Virus record (IMG/VR): IMGVR_UViG_3300015608_001493
Source: an uncultured virus (IMG/VR IMGVR_UViG_3300015608_001493)
Lineage: Duplodnaviria; Heunggongvirae; Uroviricota; Caudoviricetes
DNA length: 64,000 nucleotides
Reading direction: 5' to 3' (one strand)
Positions 54,913 through 64,000 of this stretch are shown one piece after another; within the stretch, counting starts at the first letter, position 1; each line of letters begins with the position of its first letter. The translations under genes were made by a program, and so were the position numbers. The notes below the pieces were generated by a model. The model had not been told where the DNA came from. It did no database searches and saw only the letters and a list, made by a program, of their open reading frames with translations.

Positions 54913-55422
54913 ATGAATAAAGAACGAACAATTAATATAGATGCAGATGGAACTTGTTTTACTCATTCTTTTCCAGAAGTAGGAAAAGAAATTGGTGCCG
55001 TACCAGTATTGAGAACCTTGGTGGAGAATGGTCATAAACTTATTCTTTTTACCATGCGCTGTGATCACGATTTTGAACCAAGTTCAGATCATCCTGAAAT
55101 AATTGCTGAAAAAGGTGATTATCTTACCGATGCTGTAAACTGGTTTGAAAGACATACCATACCTCTTTATGGTATTCAATGTAACCCTACTCAGTACAGT
55201 TGGACGAAATCTCCTAAAAGTTATGCTGAGTTTATGATTGATGATTCTGCAATTGGTGCACCACTTGTTTACAACCTAAGTATAAGTGATAGACCTTTTG
55301 TAAATTGGCATAAAATGAGTTATTTATTATGGCAAAAAGGTCTTATTACAGATGAACAACTAAATAATCTTCAACTTGAAATTGAAGCATTCTTTGAAGA
55401 AGAATATGAAGTTAGAATTTGA
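54913..55422 (+). CDS. HAD-superfamily hydrolase
   Basis: IDADGT (motif I), ILFTMR (II), SPK.YA..MIDD (III/IV). Confidence 0.8.
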   Translation: MNKERTINIDADGTCFTHSFPEVGKEIGAVPVLRTLVENGHKLILFTMRCDHDFEPSSDHPEIIAEKGDYLTDAVNWFERHTIPLYGIQCNPTQYSWTKSPKSYAEFMIDDSAIGAPLVYNLSISDRPFVNWHKMSYLLWQKGLITDEQLNNLQLEIEAFFEEEYEVRI

Positions 55423-55511
55423 TTAACATAAATAAGACTTAAAAGATTGTATTAAAAGAATCTTAATTGAACAATTTCAGCAATCACAAGAAATTCTAAG
55501 TAGAATAATTG

Positions 55512-55541
55512 AAAAAGGGGATCGTTGCTGATCCCCTTTTT
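55512..55541. terminator. bidirectional terminator between converging genome arms
   Basis: AAAAAGGGGATC-GTTGCT-GATCCCCTTTTT. Confidence 0.85.
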
Positions 55542-55546
55542 TATTT

Positions 55547-56503
55547 TCATTTCAGTTTCAACTCCTGTTGTAGGAGGTTTAATAAAGTTGTTTTACTTGT
55601 GTTCAATGGTTTTAAACCCATTAAAGTTGCTACCTTAAACAAAAGTGTTTTTGATAAGGATTTAAGTTCAGAAACAGAAGTAAACAACTTAAACGGATCA
55701 AGACACCCAGTAGGAGTTGGTTCTGGTACTGGCTCAGGAATTGGTTCTGGTATTGGAATTTCTTTTAAAGATTCGAGTGTCCAGAAATCATCACACCTGT
55801 TTGTAACAATATAGGAATAAGGCATCCAAAAATAACCTTTCATTTTCCAGTCAGAACCCCAAGAGTTTTTAATAAGGAAACATTTTTTATCATCGTCATA
55901 CCCAACGGCTATTGTCGCATGACCCCCAAGACTTTTTTCGTTTTGCTTTGGTGTAGGCATTGTATCTATCCAGTTACCATTCATAAAACTGGTAAACACC
56001 TCAAACCCAAATACAAATGGTCGACCATTTGCCAGACAGTTTTTCATTTCAAGAATAGATTGACCTATTCTATAATACTTTGTAGAAACGGTGTCCAACC
56101 CTTCCTTATAACTTTTTTCCGAAGGTTTTGTAACCACCTCTTTCTCTATATAGGGCCAAGTGTCATTCTTACAAACTCCTTCCTTATTTAAAGTTTTAAA
56201 ACAATCTCGAATATAACATCCAGAATCTTCTTTCTGCCAACCCTGGATTACCCGAGCATTATAGTAAAGAAAAAGTCGAGAAGGATTAATTTCTCGGTTT
56301 TGTTTTCTACTCTGATAAAGAACTGCCATGCCTGTGCTATGACCAGCACATGAACCTAACTGACCCTGATCCCATATTTCTGGAATCAAAGACCTAAGAT
56401 CAACCACCTTAGGTAGTTCCTCCTCAGAGAGGAGAGAGAAGTTAAGTGCAAACTTAAAATCTCTCTCATCCTTAGGGCTTGGTTTCCAGTTTAGAACTCT
56501 CAT
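55547..56503 (-). CDS. papain-family (C1A) cysteine peptidase with Pro-rich linker and C-terminal helical domain
   Basis: DQGQLGSC, GGHA and IKNSWG..W catalytic motifs; PIPEPIPEPVPEPTP linker. Confidence 0.92.
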   Translation of the reverse strand: MRVLNWKPSPKDERDFKFALNFSLLSEEELPKVVDLRSLIPEIWDQGQLGSCAGHSTGMAVLYQSRKQNREINPSRLFLYYNARVIQGWQKEDSGCYIRDCFKTLNKEGVCKNDTWPYIEKEVVTKPSEKSYKEGLDTVSTKYYRIGQSILEMKNCLANGRPFVFGFEVFTSFMNGNWIDTMPTPKQNEKSLGGHATIAVGYDDDKKCFLIKNSWGSDWKMKGYFWMPYSYIVTNRCDDFWTLESLKEIPIPEPIPEPVPEPTPTGCLDPFKLFTSVSELKSLSKTLLFKVATLMGLKPLNTSKTTLLNLLQQELKLK

Positions 56504-56799
56504 ACTTTGTTTTTCAAGAAGGAAGTACGAGGGCCAACAAGAGCCATGAGTGCCAAGAGTAAGGTGATAACAACTGAATCAAGATCAACAATACCCACAG
56601 CGTCTAAATGAAGAAACTTGAAAACGTCCACAATAAACGGTGGGGTAGGAATGTTGAGTGTGTTGTCTACAAACAGTTTTGTAATAAAACCTAACACAGA
56701 AACAACACCAAGAAAAGCAAGAGGGCTTTTCACTTTGAGTTTGTCTAATTGTACAGCAAGCCAAACGGCCAATTTAGTTAAAAGATCGTTTAAAAACAT
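56500..56799 (-). CDS. small membrane protein, holin-like
   Basis: Two to three hydrophobic segments and a basic C-terminus. Confidence 0.45.
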   Translation of the reverse strand: MFLNDLLTKLAVWLAVQLDKLKVKSPLAFLGVVSVLGFITKLFVDNTLNIPTPPFIVDVFKFLHLDAVGIVDLDSVVITLLLALMALVGPRTSFLKNKV

Positions 56800-56829
56800 G
56801 ATTTAATTTTTTAATGAATAATATACAAG

Positions 56830-57165
56830 TTAATCTTTTTTCTCGTCAATATCAAGTGTTTGGTTTATTTTTTTTGTTAATAATTCCTTGTAGTTAATAG
56901 ACACCAAAGACTCTGTAATATTCATACCTAATAAACCAGTAATAAAAACTACAAAATTATAGTTTAAATTTGGAAACCATGTGTAGATCTGAGGTGCCAT
57001 ATACATTGCACAAATTGTTCCAATCAAAAATGCAGCAAGTCCCTTCCATATATTTTTTTTATGAAATACTTGACCATAAAGAAAATAAACAAATGATCCT
57101 GATGCTACATCTTTTAACTCGTTAAATCGCATAAACAATGAGTTTATTACATCTTGAATATTCAT
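56830..57165 (-). CDS. putative holin
   Basis: Three TM-like segments and a charged C-tail. Confidence 0.55.
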   Translation of the reverse strand: MNIQDVINSLFMRFNELKDVASGSFVYFLYGQVFHKKNIWKGLAAFLIGTICAMYMAPQIYTWFPNLNYNFVVFITGLLGMNITESLVSINYKELLTKKINQTLDIDEKKD

Positions 57166-57210
57166 GAACCTGTCCCGAAAATAATTAAAATAGATAATGT
57201 TTACATAATA

Positions 57211-57765
57211 CTATTGGTTTCTATGGAGTTCTGGTTTAACTTTTGAAATACATTTGGCAATATCAATTTTCCATTTTTTTCCTAGGAGTTTTTTAAACTC
57301 CTTCTGTGGATTACTGATTATATCTTCGTAATTAAGTACAATAAGATCAATGTCTTTTCTCTTCTTCACTTCTTTAAAAAAAGCGTTGAAAAACTTATCG
57401 TAAAAAAACGTTAATGTCATATTTGGACCCCAGTCTTCATAAGGGGTCCATTCTAACATAGATTTACGAATGTTTGTAGGTTTTCGTTTTAAAAAAACTA
57501 TCTTATAGTTACCAACAGGAAGTTTTAAGATATCTCTAAAGTTAATCTTAATTAGATTACCTGCAAACTGATTATAAAAATCCTTGTCAACTTGTCCTGT
57601 AAATTGATAAAACCCTTCCGGGTTTGGTTTATAATCACGAATTACATTGTTCAAAGATTCAGCGCTTATGTCGTAAATAGGGTTTAAACCACCTTCTTTT
57701 AGACATTGCATCATCATTGAACTACCCGAGCGATGGCAACTTGTTACTAGATATAAAGGGTTCAT
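57211..57765 (-). CDS. sulfotransferase-family protein
   Basis: VTSCHRSGSSMMM 5'-PSB loop, FLKR.P...S 3'-PB, LNYEDII. Confidence 0.8.
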   Translation of the reverse strand: MNPLYLVTSCHRSGSSMMMQCLKEGGLNPIYDISAESLNNVIRDYKPNPEGFYQFTGQVDKDFYNQFAGNLIKINFRDILKLPVGNYKIVFLKRKPTNIRKSMLEWTPYEDWGPNMTLTFFYDKFFNAFFKEVKKRKDIDLIVLNYEDIISNPQKEFKKLLGKKWKIDIAKCISKVKPELHRNQ

Positions 57766-58202
57766 TAGAATAAATCAATATATTCAGGTTTGAAGTTAGT
57801 AGTTAACCATTTTACAAGAGATGCAAAATCTTTGTTACTCTCATCAATGAAACCATTTATATATACTTGTTTCCACTGATTAAATTGTTTTAGTTTTTGA
57901 GCATAGATTTCTTTTGGATCATTCGAGTTTACAATCTTTGAACTCTGTTTGACAGATTGTGTGGGTGCAGCAGAGATTGAAAACTCGGAGTTTATAGATA
58001 TTTTATCCATAAACGACTCTAAACTTTCTAATGATGAAAGTTTATGAACAATAGATGTTTCTAACCAGTCTTCATCTTGGGTGGATGATGAAACAATCTT
58101 ATCGTTGAAGATGTCTTTGCCATCCTCGGAACGGTACTCAACCTCGATAGTAAGTAACCCGTTAAAAATATTTTTTGAAATTATACGTGCAGAATATTTC
58201 AT
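57765..58202 (-). CDS. hypothetical protein (possible tail fibre accessory)
   Basis: ORF in the tail operon. Confidence 0.55.
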   Translation of the reverse strand: MKYSARIISKNIFNGLLTIEVEYRSEDGKDIFNDKIVSSSTQDEDWLETSIVHKLSSLESLESFMDKISINSEFSISAAPTQSVKQSSKIVNSNDPKEIYAQKLKQFNQWKQVYINGFIDESNKDFASLVKWLTTNFKPEYIDLF

Positions 58203-58226
58203 TGTAGTTTGAATTTAGTTTAAATA

Positions 58227-58784
58227 TTAATCACCTCCAAAGAGAATTGCGTTTGTTTGTGATCCACCTCCACCACCAGTAGTATAATCAACGGTTAGTG
58301 TTATTAAATCTATGTTGCCTGTTGCTGGAAATTTTGCTCCAAAACAAGATATTGCAACTGCGATACCAAAGTTTGCATCATTAACATCAGTATGAGTAAG
58401 AGTTAACCCCCAGAGGTCAGAACTACCACCATAAGTAGCAACTGTCTCTGTTGTAGGCCAGTTTAATCCTGATTTTTTATCTGTTCCACTTACTACACCT
58501 CCTTTTATTAATTTTATCAGACTGTCTTTTATGCTGGAACCTGCGTTACCTGTTTTTTTTCGTTCTATGGATGCAGTAATTCCATTTATAGTAGCACCAG
58601 AAGGGATAGAAAACCCAAAACCTGTTAGTAACATTTGATAACTTGCACCCCCCGGGCCTACCGCAGAATATCCATAGTTATCATCAGAACTAGATATGTT
58701 ATTAATATTAGTCCATGTATAGGTGCCACCATTACTATTATTAGACGTATATGTGGAGAACGAATTTGGACCCTGTGATGCCAT
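58227..58784 (-). CDS. virion/tail-associated beta-sandwich protein
   Basis: FGFSIPSGATINGI and YGGSSDLWG motifs; G/S/T-rich. Confidence 0.6.
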   Translation of the reverse strand: MASQGPNSFSTYTSNNSNGGTYTWTNINNISSSDDNYGYSAVGPGGASYQMLLTGFGFSIPSGATINGITASIERKKTGNAGSSIKDSLIKLIKGGVVSGTDKKSGLNWPTTETVATYGGSSDLWGLTLTHTDVNDANFGIAVAISCFGAKFPATGNIDLITLTVDYTTGGGGGSQTNAILFGGD

Positions 58785-58786
58785 AA

Positions 58787-59305
58787 TTAAAAGTTTTGAG
58801 ATATTGTTCCGTAATAGTTTAATGCTTTTCTACCAAAAGTAGGAGTAAGTCTATAACATGTTTCACATAAAGTTCTACCGTTGTTTACATCTAACCTTAA
58901 CTCAGGAAATAAACAAAAAGGTTTTATGTGATCAGCATTTAATTTACCCCCTTTAATATTACAAACTTGACATGTATAATTATCTCTTTCAAATACTTTT
59001 GTTCTCCACAGTTTATATTCTATGGACTTTCTGAACAACATTGCTTTAGTAGACTTTCCTTGATTCTTAAATGTTGTGGGTCTATTATAATCTAAACGAG
59101 AATCCGTTAATTTAGACAACCCCTTAGACCAAGAAGGTTTTCCTATCTTTTTTAAGGCCATATTTTTACGACCTTCATCTGTATGTCTTCTACAAGATAA
59201 AGAGCAGAATTTTTGTTTTTCTTCTCCACTCCTAACTATTTGCCAAGGTGCCCTATAAAATTCCTTATTACAAGTCTGACAATTAAAATATTTACCTGTT
59301 TTCAT
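58787..59305 (-). CDS. free-standing HNH homing endonuclease (Zn ribbon, NUMOD3-like segment)
   Basis: CQTC..KFCSLSC; WRTKVFERDNYTCQVC..ADHIKPF..NGRTLC. Confidence 0.88.
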   Translation of the reverse strand: MKTGKYFNCQTCNKEFYRAPWQIVRSGEEKQKFCSLSCRRHTDEGRKNMALKKIGKPSWSKGLSKLTDSRLDYNRPTTFKNQGKSTKAMLFRKSIEYKLWRTKVFERDNYTCQVCNIKGGKLNADHIKPFCLFPELRLDVNNGRTLCETCYRLTPTFGRKALNYYGTISQNF

Positions 59306-59307
59306 AT

Positions 59308-61200
59308 TTAGAAATTAGTAGATATTGTTCCAAAATATGAAGTCCCATCATAAATAAATGTTACGATATCATATTTATTTGCAGTCGTAGTTAAAGTGGG
59401 GGTTGTACCCCCGGCCCATTTAATTGTAGGCCATGTTACAGTTCTTGAACCTGTGGCGTCTTGTTTAATAATGATAGAATATCTTGCTCCGCTCTTTGGG
59501 TTTGCAAATGTAAAAGTTCTGTTTCCACCAAGTGTTACAGTTTGTACGTTCCCGTTATTCCAATCAAGAGCAATTGTGGCTGCATCAGTAAGAGTATATA
59601 ACGCAGACCAATACTGTCCCGTAGTTTTTGAGTTTCCGGTGATTTCCATCACCTCTGTTGCTGCTGTGGTTGAACCAAACGCGTTCTTACCAGCAAAAAT
59701 ATTTTTAGTTGATGTTCCAGATTGATAGACACCAAACGAAGAAGAGTTATTGTTTGAAATATCAATTGCTCTAAAAGTAGAACTATTAGCCAAAGACGTG
59801 ATTGTTGGATTTATGTAAATCCCTCTTTGAACACCTGTTACAGTTGAAGTTAAGTTAAAAGTAGGAGCAATTTCAAACGCTATATAAGAACCACTACCAG
59901 ATGCAGCAGTGTACGAATCCGTAACTTTAAGGTTTGTTTTACTTAGAGATGTACTTGTATAGGCTGTGTTTCCCAAGTTAATTGTTCCTGAGTTGTCCGA
60001 AGCACTAATAGATATTGCTGTTGTAGATACGGCTGAGGAACTTATGTTAATTGATCCTGAACCGCCACCTACGGTTATTATGTTAGTATTACCACCTATT
60101 GTAAACGTCACACCAGGAGTAATACCTGAGTTACCAAAAGTTGTAGTACCAGCCGTACCCATAGCAGATGCTATGGATAACGTAGGAGTAGTTGCACCAG
60201 TAAACCTTGCTACTTCACTAAGTGATCCTGCGTTGTTTACTGCATAAACAACACCCGCACTTGTTCTTGAAGCATCGGTGGCATTCGAGTTAGTCCAAAT
60301 ACCTCCAAATGCAGCCTGCTCCCTATCTGCAACAGTCGCAGTTTCAGCAAGAAACTTAATACGACTACCAAACCCTAAGGTTGCAGTACCACTTGTGTTA
60401 GCACTGGTTGATATATTATCAACCGGGGTATTTGTTGATGCGGTATTGGTGTTATGATTAATAACACCTACGTTTCCTAATGTAAAATAAGTTACAGTAT
60501 TTCTTTCAAACGCAAGGTCGTTATTATCGTTAGTCCCTATAATAACAGTTGCTCCTGTCGTATTACCCCCATTAGAAATATCTCCGCTTGCGGCAGAAGG
60601 AGTAAAATATTCTAAACTTGTGCCACCAGCATTAACTCTCAATTGTTGAAGAGAAGAGCCAAGCGCAGATAAACCAGTACCACCGTTTGCAACAGCAAGT
60701 GTTCCTGCAAGAGTGACTGCCCCGGTTGTACCTGTTGAAGGAGTTAACCCTGTTGTACCAGCACTAAATGATGTTACACCGGCGTTTGTAAGAGTTATTG
60801 TTCCAACACCATTAGTTACAGTCATTCCTGTACCTTGTGTAATAGTTGCCAAAGTATAACCTGAACCATTACCTATTAACAATTGCCCGTTTGTAGGTGT
60901 CCCTGTAAGTCCTGTACCACCTTTACCAATAGCAATAGTTGTAGCATTCCATGTACCACTTGTAATACTACCTAAGGTGACAATATTTGTTGAGCCACTC
61001 CATGTAGAGAGCGCTGTATTTTCTACGTTGTTTAAACCTAAAAAGGTTTTAGTTGTAGAGGCATCTAAAATACTTACTGGACCTGAGCCAGAGGAACGCC
61101 CTAAGATTCCAGAGGATGTTGTTAACTGATCAGGTGTAATATTCTGACCGATTACAAAACTTCCAAATAGAACAAAAGTGAATAAAAGAAGTATCCTCAT
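59308..61200 (-). CDS. tail fibre protein
   Basis: G/T/S-rich; GGTG repeats; C-terminal QDATGSRTVTWP..WAGGTTP domain. Confidence 0.8.
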   Translation of the reverse strand: MRILLLFTFVLFGSFVIGQNITPDQLTTSSGILGRSSGSGPVSILDASTTKTFLGLNNVENTALSTWSGSTNIVTLGSITSGTWNATTIAIGKGGTGLTGTPTNGQLLIGNGSGYTLATITQGTGMTVTNGVGTITLTNAGVTSFSAGTTGLTPSTGTTGAVTLAGTLAVANGGTGLSALGSSLQQLRVNAGGTSLEYFTPSAASGDISNGGNTTGATVIIGTNDNNDLAFERNTVTYFTLGNVGVINHNTNTASTNTPVDNISTSANTSGTATLGFGSRIKFLAETATVADREQAAFGGIWTNSNATDASRTSAGVVYAVNNAGSLSEVARFTGATTPTLSIASAMGTAGTTTFGNSGITPGVTFTIGGNTNIITVGGGSGSINISSSAVSTTAISISASDNSGTINLGNTAYTSTSLSKTNLKVTDSYTAASGSGSYIAFEIAPTFNLTSTVTGVQRGIYINPTITSLANSSTFRAIDISNNNSSSFGVYQSGTSTKNIFAGKNAFGSTTAATEVMEITGNSKTTGQYWSALYTLTDAATIALDWNNGNVQTVTLGGNRTFTFANPKSGARYSIIIKQDATGSRTVTWPTIKWAGGTTPTLTTTANKYDIVTFIYDGTSYFGTISTNF

Positions 61201-61201
61201 T

Positions 61202-64000
61202 TTATTGTCTAATTTTTATTGTAAATATATCAGTAGTTTTTGCTGTTACAGTAAGTGTAATTATGTCAGTACCCGCGTTATAAGACCAGTCTCGTGTTGT
61301 AGTACCATCTGTATATGCTAAATAAACACCGTTTTTATAAAGTTCCACCTTCATTACATCAGTTGGAAGATCAAGGTTTGTTGTTGTACCTGTTCCTTTT
61401 GTTGCAGCAAGCGATCCTGTTGATAAGTTAATAGTGGTGGTGGAAATCCCTGTAACATAATACTCGTTAATACTTGTAAAAGTTGGGTTAGAATTGACCC
61501 AGTTTGTACCATTATAAGTAATAGTTTGGTTTGTTGCAGGAGAAGTAATTACAACGTCACTAAGATTGTCTAATGTAACAGTACCTAAATCAATACTGGG
61601 GTTTCCAGAAACCCCATCGCCATTACTAACAGTAATTTTTGAAGATGCTGCGGTAACAGAACGAGTTGTCCATGTGTCAGTTGCAGTTCTAACAGGAATC
61701 CCGTTAGAAGATAACCCTTCAATACCTGCAAGATCATTAGCAAGTGCAAACGTAGGGTTGCCAGATACACCGTTACCATTAGTTATAGTCAGACCAGCAG
61801 CAGGACCAGTAAGGGTTCTAACTGCGGATGTTCCCGTACCTGTTATGGTGTAAATACCTTGTGAAGCCGTTGATGCCAAAGCATTAAGATCAGAATCAAA
61901 TGTTACATCTGTTCTACTACTTCCTGCATTATCAGAAGCCGTTGCAGAAGAACCTATAAAGTTTAATGTAGTTCTTTGAGTAAGGCTCGATCCTTCTTCT
62001 TGCATAGTTGTATAACCCCCAGAAGCAGAAGGTGTTTGCCACGAAGGGGCACCTCCTGTGTTTGCACCTAAAAACTGGCCAGTTGTACCATTTGCAAGTC
62101 TTACTAACTCACCACCTGTACCTCTATAATAAAGATCATAGTTGGCATCAGAACCTATATCAAACCGTACTTTTCCAGATGTTGTAAATAAAGCGTAATG
62201 CGCAGCAGGTGAAGTAATTTCTAACCCTCTATAATCTGCTGCTGCGGTAATTGTAGGATTAATTTGAACTGCACGTACAATACCACTTGAGCCACCAGTC
62301 TGGTTAACTGTCATATTTCCAAAAGCAAGTCCTGTAAACGTTGCTGTACCACTTGTAGGGTTGAACGTGTTATCAAAAGACATTACTAACTTTGAACCAG
62401 AAGTAGGGTTTATATTGCTTGTACCTACTCTAACATAACCATTAGTAGCAGATGCGTTTAGCAATACGGAGCCTGCACTGTTTTGAGTAGATGTAAGTGA
62501 CACTTGAACACTTGCGCCACCAACAGTAAACGCAGTGGCAGGAGTAATTGCGCTGTTTGTAATTGTGGCAGCAGAGGTTGAGCCTACTGTAATAGTTCCA
62601 TCGTCAGCAACTTTGAATACTTCTGTACCAGAAGAGTTGCGAGTTACAAGACCCCAACTTGTATTTCCAGTACCAGTACCGTTGATAGTTACTCTACCGT
62701 TTGAAGCATATGTAGTTGAACCAACAGCCATCTGAGTACCAGACCACAATAATGTAGTAGAACCATCTTGGGATGATGCCCCAGACCAAACACTAATTTG
62801 ATCATCTACACCAGTGCCAGAAATACCTCCTGAACCAGCAGCCCATACTAAATTACCAGTACCATCTGTTTGAAGAAAATAACCAGAAGTACCATAAGAT
62901 GAAGGTAAAGTATAACTAAAATTAGAAGTTAAAGTACCTGTTGCAGCAGTTTTAAACTCTACATAGTTAGTGTTATCAGAATCGTTAAACCTGAGTGCTT
63001 TGCCTCCGCGAGTTTCAAAACCAACAGAAGATACTTGACCAACTTCTACTGCGTTAATACCAAACTTGATTGGAGTTGTATTTCCTAAAACTTGAACAAT
63101 CGCTGTACTTGGTTCACTCCAAGTTAAATCTCCAAGATATACATTAGAATAACCAAGAGTAGTTCCTACGGCACTTGGTCCTTGAAAACGCAAATGCACA
63201 GACTTAAACGTAGTTGAATAATCTGAGCCTTGCGCATCAAAAATTGCTTGATCTTCACCTGTTGTTGATGTACCTCTTGCATCCACATTTGCGCCAGAGG
63301 TACCACCATAAATATAAAGACGTGTGTAAGAATCAATCCCTGTGTTTGTACCAATGGAGACAGTGTTAGTTGTTTCAAACACTTTTGAGTTAGTAAGTGT
63401 TGATGAAGCACTAAACTTAGGAAGATATCCTGTTGTACCTGAGCCACCTATTTTGTTATTAAATGTAGTCCAGTCAGTATTACTCAGTTTACCTGTGTTT
63501 GTTCCAGATGCGACAGGAAGGTTAAACGTGTGTGTACTTGTTGCGCTACTTATACCAAAATCGGTACCTGCTGTACCTGTGGCAAACGTTTGAGTAGATG
63601 CAGTAAGAGTATTCAAAGTAGTAATCCCTCCACCACCTCCGGGTGGAGAGGCCCATGTACCATCAGCCCTTAGAAAGTTAGTTGTACCACCACCAGAAGC
63701 AGGAACTACACCTTGTAATGAAGATGTAAACAGATTCAACTCAGCAGTAAGTTGGGCTTGGGTTAAATCAGATACGTTACCTGTACTTCCTGTATTGTTA
63801 CCTTTAAAAGTATGAGCCGCCATTGTTGCTAACTTAGCATTAGTGACTTTATTGTTACCAATTACGTTAGCGTTTGGTTCACCAGATACATCTCCTGCCA
63901 ATACTGAATTTACTGCTTCACTAACAGGTCCAAAATAACTAAACTTTGCACCATTAGGAGCACCTGTTGCTGATGTACCATCACCATTACCTGATGTGTC
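61202..64000 (-). CDS. tail fibre protein (partial; 5' end beyond window)
   Basis: Open frame to the window edge; G/T/S-rich; NGNGVSGNP/NGDGVSGNP repeats; LSDV motif. Confidence 0.8.
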   Translation of the reverse strand, partial: DTSGNGDGTSATGAPNGAKFSYFGPVSEAVNSVLAGDVSGEPNANVIGNNKVTNAKLATMAAHTFKGNNTGSTGNVSDLTQAQLTAELNLFTSSLQGVVPASGGGTTNFLRADGTWASPPGGGGGITTLNTLTASTQTFATGTAGTDFGISSATSTHTFNLPVASGTNTGKLSNTDWTTFNNKIGGSGTTGYLPKFSASSTLTNSKVFETTNTVSIGTNTGIDSYTRLYIYGGTSGANVDARGTSTTGEDQAIFDAQGSDYSTTFKSVHLRFQGPSAVGTTLGYSNVYLGDLTWSEPSTAIVQVLGNTTPIKFGINAVEVGQVSSVGFETRGGKALRFNDSDNTNYVEFKTAATGTLTSNFSYTLPSSYGTSGYFLQTDGTGNLVWAAGSGGISGTGVDDQISVWSGASSQDGSTTLLWSGTQMAVGSTTYASNGRVTINGTGTGNTSWGLVTRNSSGTEVFKVADDGTITVGSTSAATITNSAITPATAFTVGGASVQVSLTSTQNSAGSVLLNASATNGYVRVGTSNINPTSGSKLVMSFDNTFNPTSGTATFTGLAFGNMTVNQTGGSSGIVRAVQINPTITAAADYRGLEITSPAAHYALFTTSGKVRFDIGSDANYDLYYRGTGGELVRLANGTTGQFLGANTGGAPSWQTPSASGGYTTMQEEGSSLTQRTTLNFIGSSATASDNAGSSRTDVTFDSDLNALASTASQGIYTITGTGTSAVRTLTGPAAGLTITNGNGVSGNPTFALANDLAGIEGLSSNGIPVRTATDTWTTRSVTAASSKITVSNGDGVSGNPSIDLGTVTLDNLSDVVITSPATNQTITYNGTNWVNSNPTFTSINEYYVTGISTTTINLSTGSLAATKGTGTTTNLDLPTDVMKVELYKNGVYLAYTDGTTTRDWSYNAGTDIITLTVTAKTTDIFTIKIRQ

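Noticed and set aside
55509..55814. + strand 101 aa ORF
   Set aside because: Begins inside the bidirectional terminator and is antisense to the peptidase.
59396..63593. + strand ORFs antisense to the tail fibre genes
   Set aside because: Shadow frames of G/T/S-rich genes with no independent motifs.
1..64000. Stop-codon reassignment as in some crAss-like phages
   Set aside because: Coding density is high in the standard code. Breaks in core genes are explained by introns.
1..64000. CRISPR array, diversity-generating retroelement, retron or integrase
   Set aside because: No repeat-spacer array, reverse transcriptase, TR/VR pair or recombinase is visible.

Overview
This is a 64 kb slice of a large, AT-rich dsDNA phage genome in the standard genetic code. 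The host is probably a Bacteroidota species, inferred from A-rich, Shine-Dalgarno-less gene starts and a Crassvirales-like replication gene set. Taxonomy cannot be confirmed from this window. The + strand arm (1-55.4 kb) carries three canonical tRNAs (Leu, Thr, Ser), many small accessory ORFs, PolB, SF2 and DnaB helicases, an AAA ATPase, primase, a PD-(D/E)XK nuclease, ThyX, a macrodomain, rIIA/rIIB-like genes, NinB/NinG, MazG, IMPDH/GMP reductase, NrdB/NrdA and a DNA methyltransferase. It converges at a bidirectional terminator (~55.5 kb) with a - strand arm encoding tail fibres, a sulfotransferase, holin-like proteins and a papain-like protease. Selfish elements are abundant: four group I introns (dnaB, rIIA, nrdB, nrdA), one intein and two free-standing homing endonucleases. 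The most unusual signals are: (1) a tRNA-Arg(UCU)-like gene at 4402-4489 whose D-stem 5' strand and D-loop appear relocated into the variable arm, giving a pseudoknotted, re-wired tRNA; (2) an nrdA group I intron with no P9 domain; (3) two homing endonucleases flanked by duplicated C-termini of their upstream genes; (4) a WGR/PARP-regulatory plus half DNA ligase chimera. All protein calls rest on motif recognition by eye; no database search was run.
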